Shown here in pieces: positions 28,321 to 42,212 of a DNA stretch of 64,000 nucleotides. Source of the stretch: Laetmonice hystrix (Eukaryota). The stretch is from contig OZ249447.1 of the NCBI GenBank assembly GCA_965235115.1, forward strand, positions 6,138,001-6,202,000, written 5' to 3'. Both the position numbers and the translations under genes were made by a program. The notes below the pieces were generated by a model. It made no database searches. It was not told the origin of the DNA and worked only from the letters and a program-made list of their open reading frames with translations. Numbering within the stretch: position 1 is the first letter of the stretch; every line of letters starts with the position of its first letter.

Positions 28321-29760
28321 AAGTTATTGGAGTTTGTAACATGCGTGTAAAAGAAAGAACTTGCTCGCATTGATTCCATCATAGTATCTTAACTTCCCAT
28401 TCTTCGTCTTCGAGCTTCTAATTATTTTACTCGTAGGTGGAGGTGTAGTCATCTTGGAAAATTTAGTTACAGCAGGAATCATATAGATGAACGGTGCTGC
28501 TACTGGTTGGCGTACACCATGATGTTTCATTGTATAGGGTATTATTTCTTACATAATCATATCATAGAACCTGCGTTGGTATTTAGTATATTGATTGTTT
28601 TGCCAAAAATGCATATTTTGCACTCAGCAGAAAATTGGAAGAATTGGAAGAAAAATGAGTTTTTTTATTGACAGGTTCTGTGCAGTTGTGGATGGTGGTC
28701 GTATTATGTTTGTTATTTTTATGGGATTATTCAAACAGCGAAATGAGAAAGTTGGAAAATGTTTGGTGCTGGTCAGAACACCTGACTAGCGTCTTGGCTT
28801 CAGGCAGGTAATAATATTCCTATATTATTAACCTTTTCACATTTTCTTCATCAGTACGTTTCTGTAACCTATGATTTCATCATGTGGACTGATCTATATC
28901 AGGGTTCTGAGTAGAACTGTCTTCCTCCTTTCTGCCTTTTTTTTATTTAGCTCTTGCTTCAAGTCTGTACTTTTTAAATTCAAATTTTGCCGAGACACAT
29001 TTGGGCCCAGTAATAGACATTTCCGCACCGATACGTCCATTTACGAGTGAATCAAGTTCAGCATTTAACAGACAATTTTTATCTTCATTATTTTTACCAA
29101 ACGCCCAAACTTGAAGTATGCAGAGACGTGATATCTGTGTATGAGCTTTCAATGCCAATAATCTGGTCTTACGGCGTGGCCATCCTAAGGTCTAGCAGAA
29201 CCATAACTTGAGATCAGTTTTTTGGGGGTATAGTTTTTTAAAAAAGGTTTTGCACTGAACACTGTCAGATTAGAGTTTTATGACTTATCGTGTATTGCAC
29301 ATTTAGGTTGTAGTAGCTTCATTGACATATCTTTTTTCCTTAGATTTTTTTATGACCTGACTAGGAACGGTATAATATACAATGTTTTGAGAAGGCAGTT
29401 TTATGTGAGTGTGGATGTCATTAAGACCATTTTTCTTTTGTTAATCTTGCGTGTTTTAAAGGAATAAAATGAAAGTTATTTCTGTTATTTATTATTGTCA
29501 TATGCACAGAATTTGATTGTACTGAAGCAACATTATTATTTATCAGAGTTGTACTCAAAATATCAGTAGATCTGGAAAACACGGTTTATTGTTTCATCGT
29601 CTGTATGTGTGTGTTTTAATAGTATACAAAACGACTTCTTTGTCTTGCTATAATTTACTATTTATTTTCTTGCTGGTTGATGCCATGTTCAATGGAAAAC
29701 ATTGTGTAAATGACTTGTATGTTTTTACTTGAAGTTATCGCGGAGAATCGTAAGTGTCTG

Positions 29761-30800
29761 TTTCTGCTGGAGTAAGTAAAGTGGTCTGGATGCCGGCCGT
29801 CCAGAAATATGTTACCAGTAGTCTAGTTTGCAGGCGCAAGCTTGTGACAAGCACAATGGCTGTTACATGTACCCCAACCCTGAATCCCTAACCCAAAATG
29901 GCGACAGAACTTTTGAGGGAAACAAAAAGTGAGTACACCAGGCTGTGCAGTGTTCCTCCCTCCTTCTGGAGTTGTGCCTACTTGTATAACTGCTGGTCCT
30001 GTAGGAGATAGGAACTGGCTTTTCCATGTCACTCCCTCCTCTCAAGCCTGTCCTCTTGTACAGTATCGTCGGGGTTCACAATGACAAGTGGCCTCGACCC
30101 TGCCTCTTCCCCATTCTCCTTGTGTTGAATACAGATCTGGTCAGGCGGGTTAAAAATGGTGTCGCTTTCTAGTACTGTACTAGTCAGTTCTTCCCCCACC
30201 CTCCGCCCCAACCTCACCCACATGGTACCTGCTCCACCTTGCCAAGCATGGTGTCACATTCAGGTGCTATGTAAAATAGACTGCCAAATGATTATGCTGT
30301 GACACATAGGCCTATATAACCATCCTTCTGTTTGCATGCGTACTACGAAGTGGTCTGCATTATGAAGACCATGGGATAAGACGAATTGAACAGGTTGCAG
30401 GGTTCTGACTGGCCCAGCCTTACTAGGCATTGATAGACACCTTGAATGTATTCGTGTGCTCGGCCCGAATAACATTTGATTCAGTTCTTTGAAATGCCGT
30501 CCAAGCCAAATGGTTAATTTTGCTACTTTTGACAATGCTGCTCTGTTTAGAAGTTATCAGTTATGATATAGTCACCTGATTTTACAATCATAAAACTCCT
30601 GTCTGATTCTCAATTGCCTCTGATGAATCATCCCTGAAAATCAGGGAGAATCCATTCCCGAAATGCGGCTCCCGTCCTCCATGATTTGACTGATAATGCT
30701 GCCACCCTTTGCATTGCGAGATGTTATACGAATGTTGGTGTGCTACTCGAAGTTGTGACTCCTCCAATGATGTCAAATGAAATACGTTGAGAATTCCCAT
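29761..30800 (-). mobile_element. Heavily decayed Ty3/gypsy-like pol remnant (RT-connection, RNase H, integrase N-terminus)
   Basis: Minus-strand, stop-riddled frames give in the expected order HLAWTAFQR, NTFKVSINA (cf. FxLQTDAS), SQHNHL...CLARWS (cf. TDHNPL...RLARW), SYLLQDQQLYK and QTRLLVTYFWTAGI (cf. T.DRIL..FYWPGI). Confidence 0.4.
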
Positions 30801-31108
30801 CCCCCCAGCTGTCGTGCTACGAAACCAATACCGGTATACCCGAAATGTGAAACCTTATGAACGGAAGTGATTATATCGGACCTTTACTGTTAGAAATCTG
30901 AATGACACCAATAAATGATATGTGAGTATTCTGAGTATTGTAATCCGCGTTCCTCAATATCAAAATGACTCTCTGTACCCAGCCAAGGTAATTGTTCCTG
31001 TCTTAGCCTCTGTCGGCAGATGTGTATGTTGTCCACCCACCAAGTGGTTAGCACTGGTACTCTACAATGATCAACACCATGGTATTGTTGTGGTCACTAT
31101 AGTACACT

Positions 31109-31174
31109 TTGTTAGAATTGGATTTATATGTTACATATAATCACTGGAATTAGATATAAATCCAATTCTAACAA
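31109..31174. repeat. Perfect 21-bp inverted repeat with 24-nt loop
   Basis: ttgttagaattggatttatat (31109-31129) and atataaatccaattctaacaa (31154-31174) are exact reverse complements. Confidence 0.9.
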
Positions 31175-32476
31175 CCTGTATAAATGTAAATGGATATTTT
31201 GATCGGATATTGCTATAAAAGTTGACCGTGTTTTCAGAGTGGCTGTTATGATCGCCTATAACAGTTTCTTCATTTCTAACGAGAAGACGTCCAATCTACA
31301 TTTCTACACTCAAGAGATATCAAATTACCTTGAAGGCATTGAGATTACAGCCAAGTACAACTGATATATCACAAATATATGAAGCTGATAATGTAAAAAA
31401 AACATTCTATGTTTATGTTTTGTAGAATAGAAATGTGGTTGACCATCATGTTGTCGCCTAGCGTATGTTTCTTTGGGAAATAATTTATTTGATGAAGAAT
31501 CAGTGAGACATTTTGTGTGAAAATCTCAGAGTTAAAACGTTTGTTGGTTTGTGTTATAGATTCAGCTTTTCCTGTGATAAGATAGATTCATATATTGCCT
31601 GATTTCAGATATCTTTCACGTGAGGAATTCGGAAGGACAAACATTTAGACCCCGTATTGATTTTACCATTTGGCTCTGAACTTGCTGCTATAACAGTCTT
31701 TAATCTCCAAGCAACTCATTAGGCATAATTGTGCCTTAATGCAATATTCATACCTAGACGAGAACCATAATTTCCCAAGTTGAAGTGATTTGCTTGCAGT
31801 TTGACGTATCGGCTTTGTTACATTTGACAAAGAACCGTGACGTAGACATCGGCTCATTGAGGGTGTACAACCAGTTAGTAACTTTCTAAAATGTATTACA
31901 TAATTCTACGAAATTATCTCATTCCAAGAAACAAAGACGCCCTGCTGCTGATGATTTTGAGAGCTTATAAAACTTGTCATATGAAAGACTTCATATTCCA
32001 GATAAAAGGTCCAGCTTGAAGATCAGTGCTTCAAATGTTGTTTGGAAAAAGATTCTCTGAGAGAAGGAGACGAAAGCAAGGCGCTTATAATGTCGAGTAT
32101 GGCTTTCCAAATTAACCCTGCTCGGTTGAGCCGAGCCATTGGGTGCCAATCCTGGTATTTCAACTTACTAGATTCAGTAAATGAGAAACGACACCAGTAC
32201 GGTGGTCGATTGTACAACATGAACGCTGAGTACAACGAGGCCCTCAGACATGACAACGAAAACCAGCTCCCAGGACTGCTTGGAGGTTCGGGGGCGATTT
32301 GAATAACCGTAACAGTTGGTACTGACGTGACCTCCGCGCCCCTAATGGTAACTGGCCACCAGTATCCCGCCCACCAGTGTCCAGCGCCCCAAATAAACCA
32401 TTTGTCGCCTGCACAGAGAATGGGAACTTGACATCAGCGCCGAGAATCATACATAGTTACCAGCGTCAACATCTTT

Positions 32477-33465
32477 CAGAATGACGACCTGTCGCCAGCA
32501 TCAGAATAAGGGCCTGTCACCAGCATCAGAATAAGGACCTGTCACCAGCATCAGAATAAGGACCTGTCACCAGCATCAGAATAAGGACCTGTCACCAGCA
32601 TCAGAATAAGGACCCGTCACCAGCCTCCAGAATGACGACCTGTCGCCAGCATCAGAATGACGACCTGTCGCCAGCATCAGAATAAGGACCTGTCACCAGC
32701 ATCAGAATAAGGACCTGTCACCAGCATCAGAATAAGGACCTGTCACCAGCATCAGAATGACGACCTGTCACCAGCATCAGAATGAGGACCTGTCACCAGC
32801 CTCCAGAATGACGGCTTGTCACCAGCATCAGAATGAGGACCTGTCACCAGCCTCCAGAATGACGACCTGTCGCCAGCATCAGAATGACGACCTGTCACCA
32901 GCATCAGAATAAGGACCTGTCACCAGCATCAGAATAAGGACCTGTCACCAGCATCAAAATGACGACCTGTCACCAGCATCAGAATAAGGACCTGTCACCA
33001 GCATCAGAATAAGGGCCTGTCGCCAGCATCAAAATGACGACCTGTCACCAGCATCAGAATAAGGACCTGTCACCAGGATCAGAATAAGGGCCTGTCACCA
33101 GCCTCCAGAATGACGACCTGTCACCAGCCTCCAGAATGACGACCTGTCGCCAGCATCAGAATAAGGACCTATCACCAGCATCAGAATAAGGACCTGTCAC
33201 CAGCATCAGAATAAGGGCCTGTCACCAGCCTACAGAATGACGACCTGTTACCAGCACACAGAATGACGACCTGTCACCAGCCTCCAGAATGACGACCTGT
33301 CACCAGCCTCCAGAATGACGACCTGTTACCAGCACACAGAATGACGACTTGTCACCAGCACACAGAATGACGACCTGTCACCAGCCTCCAGAATGACGAC
33401 CTGTTACCAGCACACAGAATGACGACTTGTCACCAGCACACAGAATGACGACCTGTCACCAGCAT
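32477..33465. repeat. Minisatellite, 25-bp unit x ~39
   Basis: Unit gacctgtcaccagcatcagaataag. The ...gaatgac variants dominate toward the 3' end. Confidence 0.96.
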
Positions 33466-33720
33466 CCAGCGTTGTTCGTATTTCCTGTATAAAATGTTGG
33501 ATGATGTCCGAGAATTTGCATGTCATTGTGTAGGTCCTGGCATCCGTCTCCAATGGGCTGATACATTTTTTACGCTCAGTGTCTGACATTTAACCACTAG
33601 AGTATTCCATTTCTGGTTAAATGTTCCAGTTATTCACCTCGTATATCCCCAAACAATGAAATATTTCGTCACGACCATCGGACAGGGCCTACGTAGGCCC
33701 ATTTCTATGTTAGTGCAACG

Positions 33721-36243
33721 AGCCCCTGGATCATACTGTCTGTCACACACCGTCCCTCGCTCATACTGTCTATCACACACCATCCCTACAACGTATCCTC
33801 TGTCACACACCATCCCTGGATCATACTGTCTATCACACACCATCCCTGCATCATACTGTCTATCATACACCATCCCTGCATCATACTGTCTATCACACAC
33901 CATCCCTGGATCATACTGTCTATCACACACCATCCCTAGATCATACTCTCTCTCATACACCATCCCTGGATCATATTGTCTATCACACACCATCCCTGGA
34001 TCATACTGTCTATCACACACCATCCCTGCATCATACCGTCTATCACACACCATCCCTGGATCATACTGTCTATCACACACCATCCCTGGATCATACCGTC
34101 TATCACACACCATCCCTGGATCATACTGTCTATCACACACCATCCCTGGATCATACTGTCTATCACACACCATCCCTGAATCATACTGTCTATCACACAC
34201 CATCCCTGGATCATACTGTCTATCATACACCATCCCTAGATCATACTGTCTGTCACACACCATCCCTGGATCATACTGTCTATCACACACCGTCCCTGGA
34301 GCATACTGTCTATCACACACCATCCCTGGAGCATACTGTCTATCACAAACCATCCCTGGATCATACCGTCTATCATACACCATCCCTGGATCATACTGTC
34401 TATCACACACCGTCCCGGCATCATACTCTCTATCACACACCATCCCTGGATCATACTGTCTATCACACGCCATCCCTGGATCATACTGTCTATCACACAC
34501 CATCCCTGGATCATACTGTCTATCATACACCATCCCTGGATCATACTGTCTATCACACACCATCCCTGAATCATATTGTCTATCACACACCATCCCTGGA
34601 TCATACTGTCTATCACAAACCATCCCTGGATCATACTGTCTATCACACACCATCCCTGGATCATACTGTCTATCACACACCATCCCTGGATCATACTGTC
34701 TATCACACACCATCCCCGGATCATACTGTCTATCATACACCATCCCTGGATCATACTGTCTATCACACACCGTCCCTGGATCATACTGTCTATCACACAC
34801 CATCCCTGGATCATACTGTCTATCACACACCATCCCTGGATCATACTGTCTATCATACACCATCCCTGGATCATACTGTCTATCACACACCATCCCTGGA
34901 TCATACTGTCTATCACACACCATCCCTGGATCATACTGTCTATCATACATCATCCCTGCATCATACTGTCTATCACACACCATCCCTGGATCATACTGTC
35001 TATCATACACCATCCCTGGATCATACTGTCTATCATACACCATCCCTGCATCATACTGTCTATCATACATCATCCCTGCATCATACTGTCTATGATACAC
35101 CATCCCTGTATCATACTGTCTATCATACACAAACCCTGGATCATACTGTCTATCACACACCATCCCTGGATCATACTGTCTATCACACACCATCCCTGGA
35201 TCATACTGTCTATCATACACCATCCCTGCATCATACTGTCTATCACACACCATCCTTGGATCAGACTCTCTCTCATACACCATCCCTGGATCATACTGTC
35301 TATCACACACCATCCCTGGATCATACTGTCTATCATACACCATCCCTGGATCATACTGTCTATCACACACCATCCCTGGATCATACTGTCTATCACACAC
35401 CATCCCTGGATCATACTGTCTATCACACACCATCCCTGGATCATACTGTCTATCATACACCATCCCGGCATCATACTGTCTATCACACACCATCCCTGGA
35501 TCATACTGTTTATCACACACCATCCCTGAATCATACTGTCTATCACACACCATCCCTGGATCATACTGTCTATCACACACCATCCCTGGATCATACTGTC
35601 TATCATACACCATCCCTGCATCATACTGCCTATCATACACAAACCCTGGATCATACTGTCTATCATACACCATCCCTGGATCATACTGTCTATCACACAC
35701 CATCCCTGGATCATACTGTCTATCACACACCATCCCTGAATCATACTGTCTATCACACACCATCCCTGGATCATACTGTCTATCATACACCATCCCTGAA
35801 TCATACTGTCTATCACACACCATCCCTGCATCATACTGTCTATCACACACCATCCCTGGATCATACTGTCTATCACACACCATCCCTAGATCATACTCTC
35901 TCTCATACACCATCCCTGGATCATATTGTCTATCACACACCATCCCTGGATCATACTGTCTATCACACACCATCCCTGGATCATACGGTCTATCACACAC
36001 CATCCCTGGGTCATACTGTCTATCACACACCATCCCTGGATCATACTGTCTATCACACACCATCCCTGGATCATACTGTCTATCACACACCATCCCGGCA
36101 TCATACTGTCTATCACACACCATCCCTGGATCATACTGTCTATCACACACCATCCCTGGATCATACTGTCTATCACACACCATCCCTGGATCATACTGTC
36201 TATCACACACCATCCCTGGATCATACTGTCTATCACACGCCGC
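33721..36243. repeat. Minisatellite, 30-bp unit x ~84
   Basis: Unit catccctggatcatactgtctatcacacac. It stays in register with the 60-nt lines throughout, so there are no indels. Confidence 0.98.
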
Positions 36244-38929
36244 CCATGGATCCTTGGATGCAGTATCTCTGGATCGCAATCATCTCAGGAACAAACAACG
36301 TGTGCCACATTAACTCGAGGTATTATATTCACTATCGTACATCAACCCATCATAATCCTGTTTGCATTACTGTTTGCATCAGCTATTCTCATGGTTTATA
36401 ACTATACCACACATTATTAAATTAAAAGCTTTGAAAGCATTGAAAATACGTCGGTGCTAGTCTAGCAGACTATCGTATTATCTGGTGTCTCGTTTTCTCT
36501 TTCTTTTCTTGCCAAGAGTCTCGAGTCTAACTTGCTTGTGGGCGTTTGAAATGTTCCACAGCATTCAGGAGTTAACCTACTTGTATATCAACATCGATTT
36601 GTTCAACTTACAGTGGACTTTGAATTACACGCTTCCTGGAGTCTGGAAATCTCATTCGAGAAGGTGTATGCCTTTTTTGCTCTATACGGACACTTTGGTA
36701 TTTCAGCTGGTACCTCAAAGTAAAAAAAAACCCTTGACATAGACACTGCGTACACGATGGAAAATTGTTCCTCTTGCCACACGAGCTATGTCCGCCAATG
36801 CGTTTCCGGCTGACAGAGCGATCTCTTCGTCATAATATTACTAATAATGAATTCTCCAAAACATAAATGTAGCTCTCACGGGTGACATGTTTGCATATCC
36901 TGAAGTAGCAGAGTATATTATATGAGAAACGGGAACGAAATCTTTGTGGAACTCCAAGGGAAACCTTGTGTTTTTGTTGGGATTAAATGTTGTTATTTCC
37001 TTATCTGCGGGGTGCACACATACAGGTGTTAATCAATCCTAGTTCACCCACCCGCCCAGACTCGGCCTATCGGGGTTCTATTATGGTATCTGCCATGTGC
37101 CATCCGCACGCTGATTGATGCGATTTGGAAGATCCGATTTGGAAGATAAAAACGTTTAATAATTATCATAAAACGAATGTTTTGTTATAAGAAGAGACGT
37201 TGATTGCTGTAGAGTGTGCGAGTTTTGTATCAGTAATTGAATTGCCTTCAGGAAATGTACATACTAGAAATACATTTGTAATTTTATTATGGGATCAAAA
37301 ATAATGTCTTTTTCACCAAATACTGTTGGATAGGCTTAACTTGTATAATTTGTAAGTCCGTTGACGCACACAACAAATATAATTCATTATTATGAAGGAA
37401 ATTAAGTTTAGATCTATCCCACTGGATTGATATATTTGTATAGTGTCATGAACAGCCAACCTGGATTATTCACGTCAGCTTTGGAGTACCGACATCCTAC
37501 ACATTCAACATGAACTACCTCACATGTCAAAGATAAAGATTTCCTTAAAATATAAACCACTGTCTAAAGCAGATCCTTTAATGAATCCCTCTGGTGTTGA
37601 CTGAACGATAGAACAGGCCCACTGCATCCCAAGGCCGTCGTGTGGGGTATCTAAGGGCGTTCTCATCTATTCTCTGTTAATATCTAATCCCTATCAATCA
37701 TCAGTATCATCGTCTCCCCTGACGCCGGCCTACATGTCCTGTCATCAGGACACCCGTCCGGTTACAACGAATGTGTCCACGTCCTGGAGAAGGCTTACGG
37801 TTGCCAAGAAGGCGCAAACCCACCACTCTCTAACTTGGTATCACGTTAGAAGTATGTTTATTTGATAGGGTGGTGGTAACAGCAGCTTTAACATGAAAAT
37901 CTCCAGCTAGGTCAGACGGAGCTGGGTGGAGTGACGGTGTGACGTGACGAGCTACGTCCGTACCACAGCCTGACGACAACGTCGAGCAGACGACTGTCCG
38001 GAACGGTTGGCGGGGACCGTCATCGATCTGCAGACCGGAAGCCGGGAGTGGCGGCAGGGTGGGGTTGGGCGGTGGAGGGGGGGGGGGAGGTGTGTATGGT
38101 GACGTCTTTGGTGAACCTCCAGGGACTTTGTTAGACAGTCCTCTATGAGCGTTTGGTCGGCAAAAGACGGCCACCTCAGACGTCACACTGATTTATGGTA
38201 AGGTACGCCTCTAAGTACCAAGTTGAGAGTCGGATGATGCGTTTGAACACCTTAGAACCACATTTTGTAGTTGTGATTGTGTGATACAATCCCTCCAGGA
38301 TTGTATCCTCAGCATCATAGGTTTTTCCCATGTTAATACTGCACAATTATTCAGGTGACGAAAGCATGGGTGGACCTGGCATCTAAATATGTTATTAAAT
38401 TCACACAGCCAGATTCATTTGGCACCGTTTAGGGTTTACGAGTAGAGATGGGTGGAAAAGTTGCGAGAATTAAAGCACAATAGTTTCAAAAGTTAGCCCC
38501 ATTGGTTACCTTCGCCTGCCAAGGTCATTATTTTAAAGTTCTTCCTCACTGATTCTGCTCCATTTCCTTATAAAAGCAAGTATTGTGTTTCACCTACTGG
38601 AAATGTGCCAACCAAGAGACCCTATTTTAAGGAAATAAACGTCCACCGACACCGCCTTAGTGGTGTGGATAAATAGAATAAATTCTCCATGACAATGGCA
38701 ACATGATATGATATGGCCACTGTATGTTGATAATGTATTCTTCATGCAGCATTGGCCACATCAGGCATTGATCATTTCAACGGGCGAGATAACCTTTCCA
38801 GATGAAGAAAAGGTGGGCATAAATCCAGCTCTGAAGATGCTTATCCGAAATGCAGTTTACCACAGAAAAGGCGTTTATTCGGTTGCCTCGGCAAGTAATG
38901 GACGGGGTAGGGAGGGTTCAATTGAGGTG

Positions 38930-39140
38930 TCATGGAGCCGGGAAGAGAGAGAGGACTTGTTGGTGGAAAGTCTCTGAGGTGCTGATAGCTGCAGCTGGAG
39001 GCAGTGAGGCAGAGAGAAACACCACAGTTCTGTGCTGACAGATGTAATGCTTGGTATGGCTTGTCGGCCTCTTTGTCCGAGGTGATGAGGTTGTGCATTC
39101 ATCACCCAACCCGCCCCTACCAGAGCACACCCCCGGTCGG
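38930..39140 (-). mobile_element. Possible decayed piggyBac-like Cys-rich C-terminal domain
   Basis: Frameshifted minus-strand pieces VCSGRG...TKHYIC and QNCGVSLCLTASSCSYQH resemble the CxxC...CxxC.V.LC...C...H pattern. Weak. Confidence 0.2.
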
Positions 39141-39524
39141 CCCGGGGTCCATGGCCGCTACGGGCAATGCTTCATTGCGGCAGCATCGTTTTCTCCCTGC
39201 TAGCCGGCACGACGGCAGAGGGAGGGGCAGCATGTAGCCCTCTTCTGTGGCAGTTCACATACGGAACAATCCCCATTGAAATCGTAAAACACGGCGATGT
39301 GTGTTAGAGGGGGCGCAATGCTCATGCATGCTCAAAGTTATGTTGATGAGGTTAGTGCATACGTAAGCTTAGACGTCTAGGTATCGAGGCTGTGGCTATA
39401 AATAGAAAGAGCTCAGGCCTTCTTGATTATCATATTTGAATGGGATAGGCCTGGTGGGGGGAGGAGCTTTAGTCGTAATGATATACGGGCACGAGAACCT
39501 CCAGATCAGGCCACATACAAGGAT

Positions 39525-39567
39525 GCGCTCCGGTGAAAAGCATTTGCCTTCCGAAGCAGGAGATCTG
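39525..39567 (+). pseudogene. tRNA-Gly(TCC)-like fragment (probable SINE head or tRNA pseudogene relic)
   Basis: ggtgaaaagcatttgccttccgaagcaggagatctg resembles the D-loop/anticodon arm GGTGAGCATAGCTGCCTTCCAAGCAG of tRNA-Gly(TCC). No T-arm/B box or acceptor stem follows. Confidence 0.35.
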
Positions 39568-41600
39568 CACATTACATGTCAGTCGAACTGATGGGTGTGT
39601 GGGGTCAGGGGACTTGGTGAGGGCCCTCTATTCAAAACCGTTCTTCACTGCACAACGTCTGCCCACCCTGCTGCATACATATATGGATTCAGAGTGAGCC
39701 TCTCGCTCAACCTTGAGAAGAGGCTCGTTCAAACCCCTATCCAAAGTACGGGCCGATACATTGCAGCGTAGATAGCATCCAATACAGACAGAAGTGAAAT
39801 GAAATGACAGGAGGGGAAAATCAATTGCGAACAAATGGGGGGGTTGAAGGATTCATTCAGAGGGAAGCGGCATGGTGGGCTTGGTCAACAATGTGTAGAG
39901 CCCTTGGCGTAATGCGCCTGTCTGATGGCTTTCTACAAGCATGGCGGCTGCTGGGTTCATATCATCAACAACAGCAGGACAAGCAATTGCAGTTGTCACT
40001 GCAATATCACTCCAGAGTGAACACCAGTACGTTTGGCCATACGAAATGCCCCTCAGGCGGATAATGATTCCCAATATACTTGCCAAGTTTCTGATGGTAG
40101 GCTTTCGCATTTAGTTTCTAGCAATGATTGAACCACATTAGAAACGATAAGAGTAATCATCTGGTAATGCTCGAAAACAGAATGAAATAAGAAAAGAGCA
40201 ATATGGTGTGCTATTGATGATAGATTTTGAGGTCAAGCTTTACGGCCAGGGGAGGGCAAACCCTTCGTGAATTTCTTTCTTGACGGCTGACGATATCCTG
40301 ACAGCCAGCGGCTGGCTGTTCCTTCTTACGCTGGACAATTCACCATCGGCCTTTCAATGCTGCATCTGAATCAGCAGATTTATTTAATTGCAATATCTAG
40401 AAAATACAGGCAGTAGGCGAAAGACCCGGATGCTATTACCTAGCTATTGTTAACTTGCAACTGATGAGAATCATAATTACGGTCGTATTTTCAACCTTTC
40501 GTCTGTCTGATTGCATTAGTCTGGTTCCACCGGAGTCGTCGAGGATGTGAGGTCTTTATTCATTCATTTTCCTTCATTTAGTCATTCATTCCGCGGCAGC
40601 TTCCTCAGCTGTACGGTTGTACATACAGAGTACGTCTGATGGAAATATTGCACCGTTTGCCACTTGTCCCCTTGGATCCTTTTATTTACAAAAGCCGGAT
40701 TTATGCAGAGACATAATCTGTCATACTGGTAGGTTTTATGCGTGGTGTTGTATTCAAGTCTTGCGCTCACTCCTCCGCTGGGAATGTCTGCCTTATGGCA
40801 ACATGACAATCGGCAAGAGAAAACATGAGCCCTGCCACAATTTTGCTTTTCTGCCACTAAATAAATCATTACCATCATTGACATCCGCGTGGCCGGTTTA
40901 GCGTCAGCTCTGTATCCTCTAACATACAGATTTCGTGTTTTCCACATGAGGCAGAGACGGCTAGGATACGTCAGAGCTTGGTTTTCCCAGAACGGTCTCT
41001 GAAAAACGAAACGAACGCAGTGCCCTCAGCCGAGCTGAACGACTTGCTCATGGAGGTGAATATAATGCGAGGGCATTTGATCAGGGAGAGAACTGTTTAA
41101 TCAGTAAGCTGCTGCCTCTTTGATCCAGCCCACAGCTTTGCTCCACATAGGTGCACATCACGCCCATCAATACAAATGAAATATTCTGATTTAGAGTGGA
41201 AGAATACATTGGGCAATCTTTCCAAGCAAGTGCCTCCGTTTGTTGTTCGGTCTACACTTTAGATAGCTTTGCTTTGAGATTGCAGCGTCAGGATGAACAC
41301 TGTAGCTGCTTCCTTGTGTAATAATCTGTCATTGTGTTATCGCTGGAGACCGAGTTCTCTTTCACTCAGCCTATGAAATTGTACATTCTTTTTAATAAGG
41401 GATGAAATTTAAGGCTGCACTTGGTTTGGTATCTAGTTGTGTCATATGTTAATGTATCAAGTTAGTATGACTGTGTCGGTCAACTAACCCGAGTAATTGT
41501 ATAACTATTTCAAAAGTTCAGCAACGAGCGTGCGCAGTCAAAGATTTGGGGCCACTTTGGTAAACATTCAATGATTACTTCCGTGTAGATATAGGAAAAT

Positions 41601-41658
41601 TGCCTGTTAAATCAATGTAAGATATGTGCTGCCTGTTAAATCAATGTAAGATATGTGC
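41601..41658. repeat. Direct tandem duplication, 29 bp x 2
   Basis: tgcctgttaaatcaatgtaagatatgtgc occurs twice. Confidence 0.9.
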
Positions 41659-42084
41659 TAAGGAAGGTTTTTATATGTTATATCGTACATGTCCATAGTA
41701 CTCCAAGAATCGCCGTTTGATTGCCTCCGTGGGCATTTAGGTTCTTTTTTTCCATGAATGGATGTTTTTTGAAAGTTTGGACGACACAGTCAGCACATGA
41801 GCCCATCACCAGACTCGGTGCCAAGAATGGCGATAAAACCACGAACAGCGTTCGGACCGGGTATTTTGGCAGCCGGTTGTGTACCATGTAGAAAATTACA
41901 AAGTAGTGCTGCATGGAGGAAGCTATGTAAACGGCCTGGAAAAAGGTGTATCCAACAACATTTTGACACGAGACTGTTTTTTTATGCTGGTGTTTTGATG
42001 AACGCTGTGAAGATAACAGGTGGTTGAAAACTTTGATGAGACAAAAATAGCAACAGGCTCAGAATCATGAGGCTTCAGCGCAAG

Positions 42085-42212
42085 NNNNNNNNNNNNNNNN
42101 NNNNNNNNNNNNNNNNNNNNNNNNNNNNNNNNNNNNNNNNNNNNNNNNNNNNNNNNNNNNNNNNNNNNNNNNNNNNNNNNNNNNNNNNNNNNNNNNNNNN
42201 NNNNNNNNNNNN
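42085..42212. other. Assembly gap (128 N)
   Basis: Run of N. True intron length and content here are unknown. Confidence 0.99.

Noticed and set aside
33656-36420. Multiple 100-480 aa ORFs (SYCLSHTIPG, SITHHPWIIL, MIDSMIQGWC, DHTVYHTPSL repeats)
   Set aside because: These are alternative frames of the 30-bp minisatellite, broken at random by unit variants.
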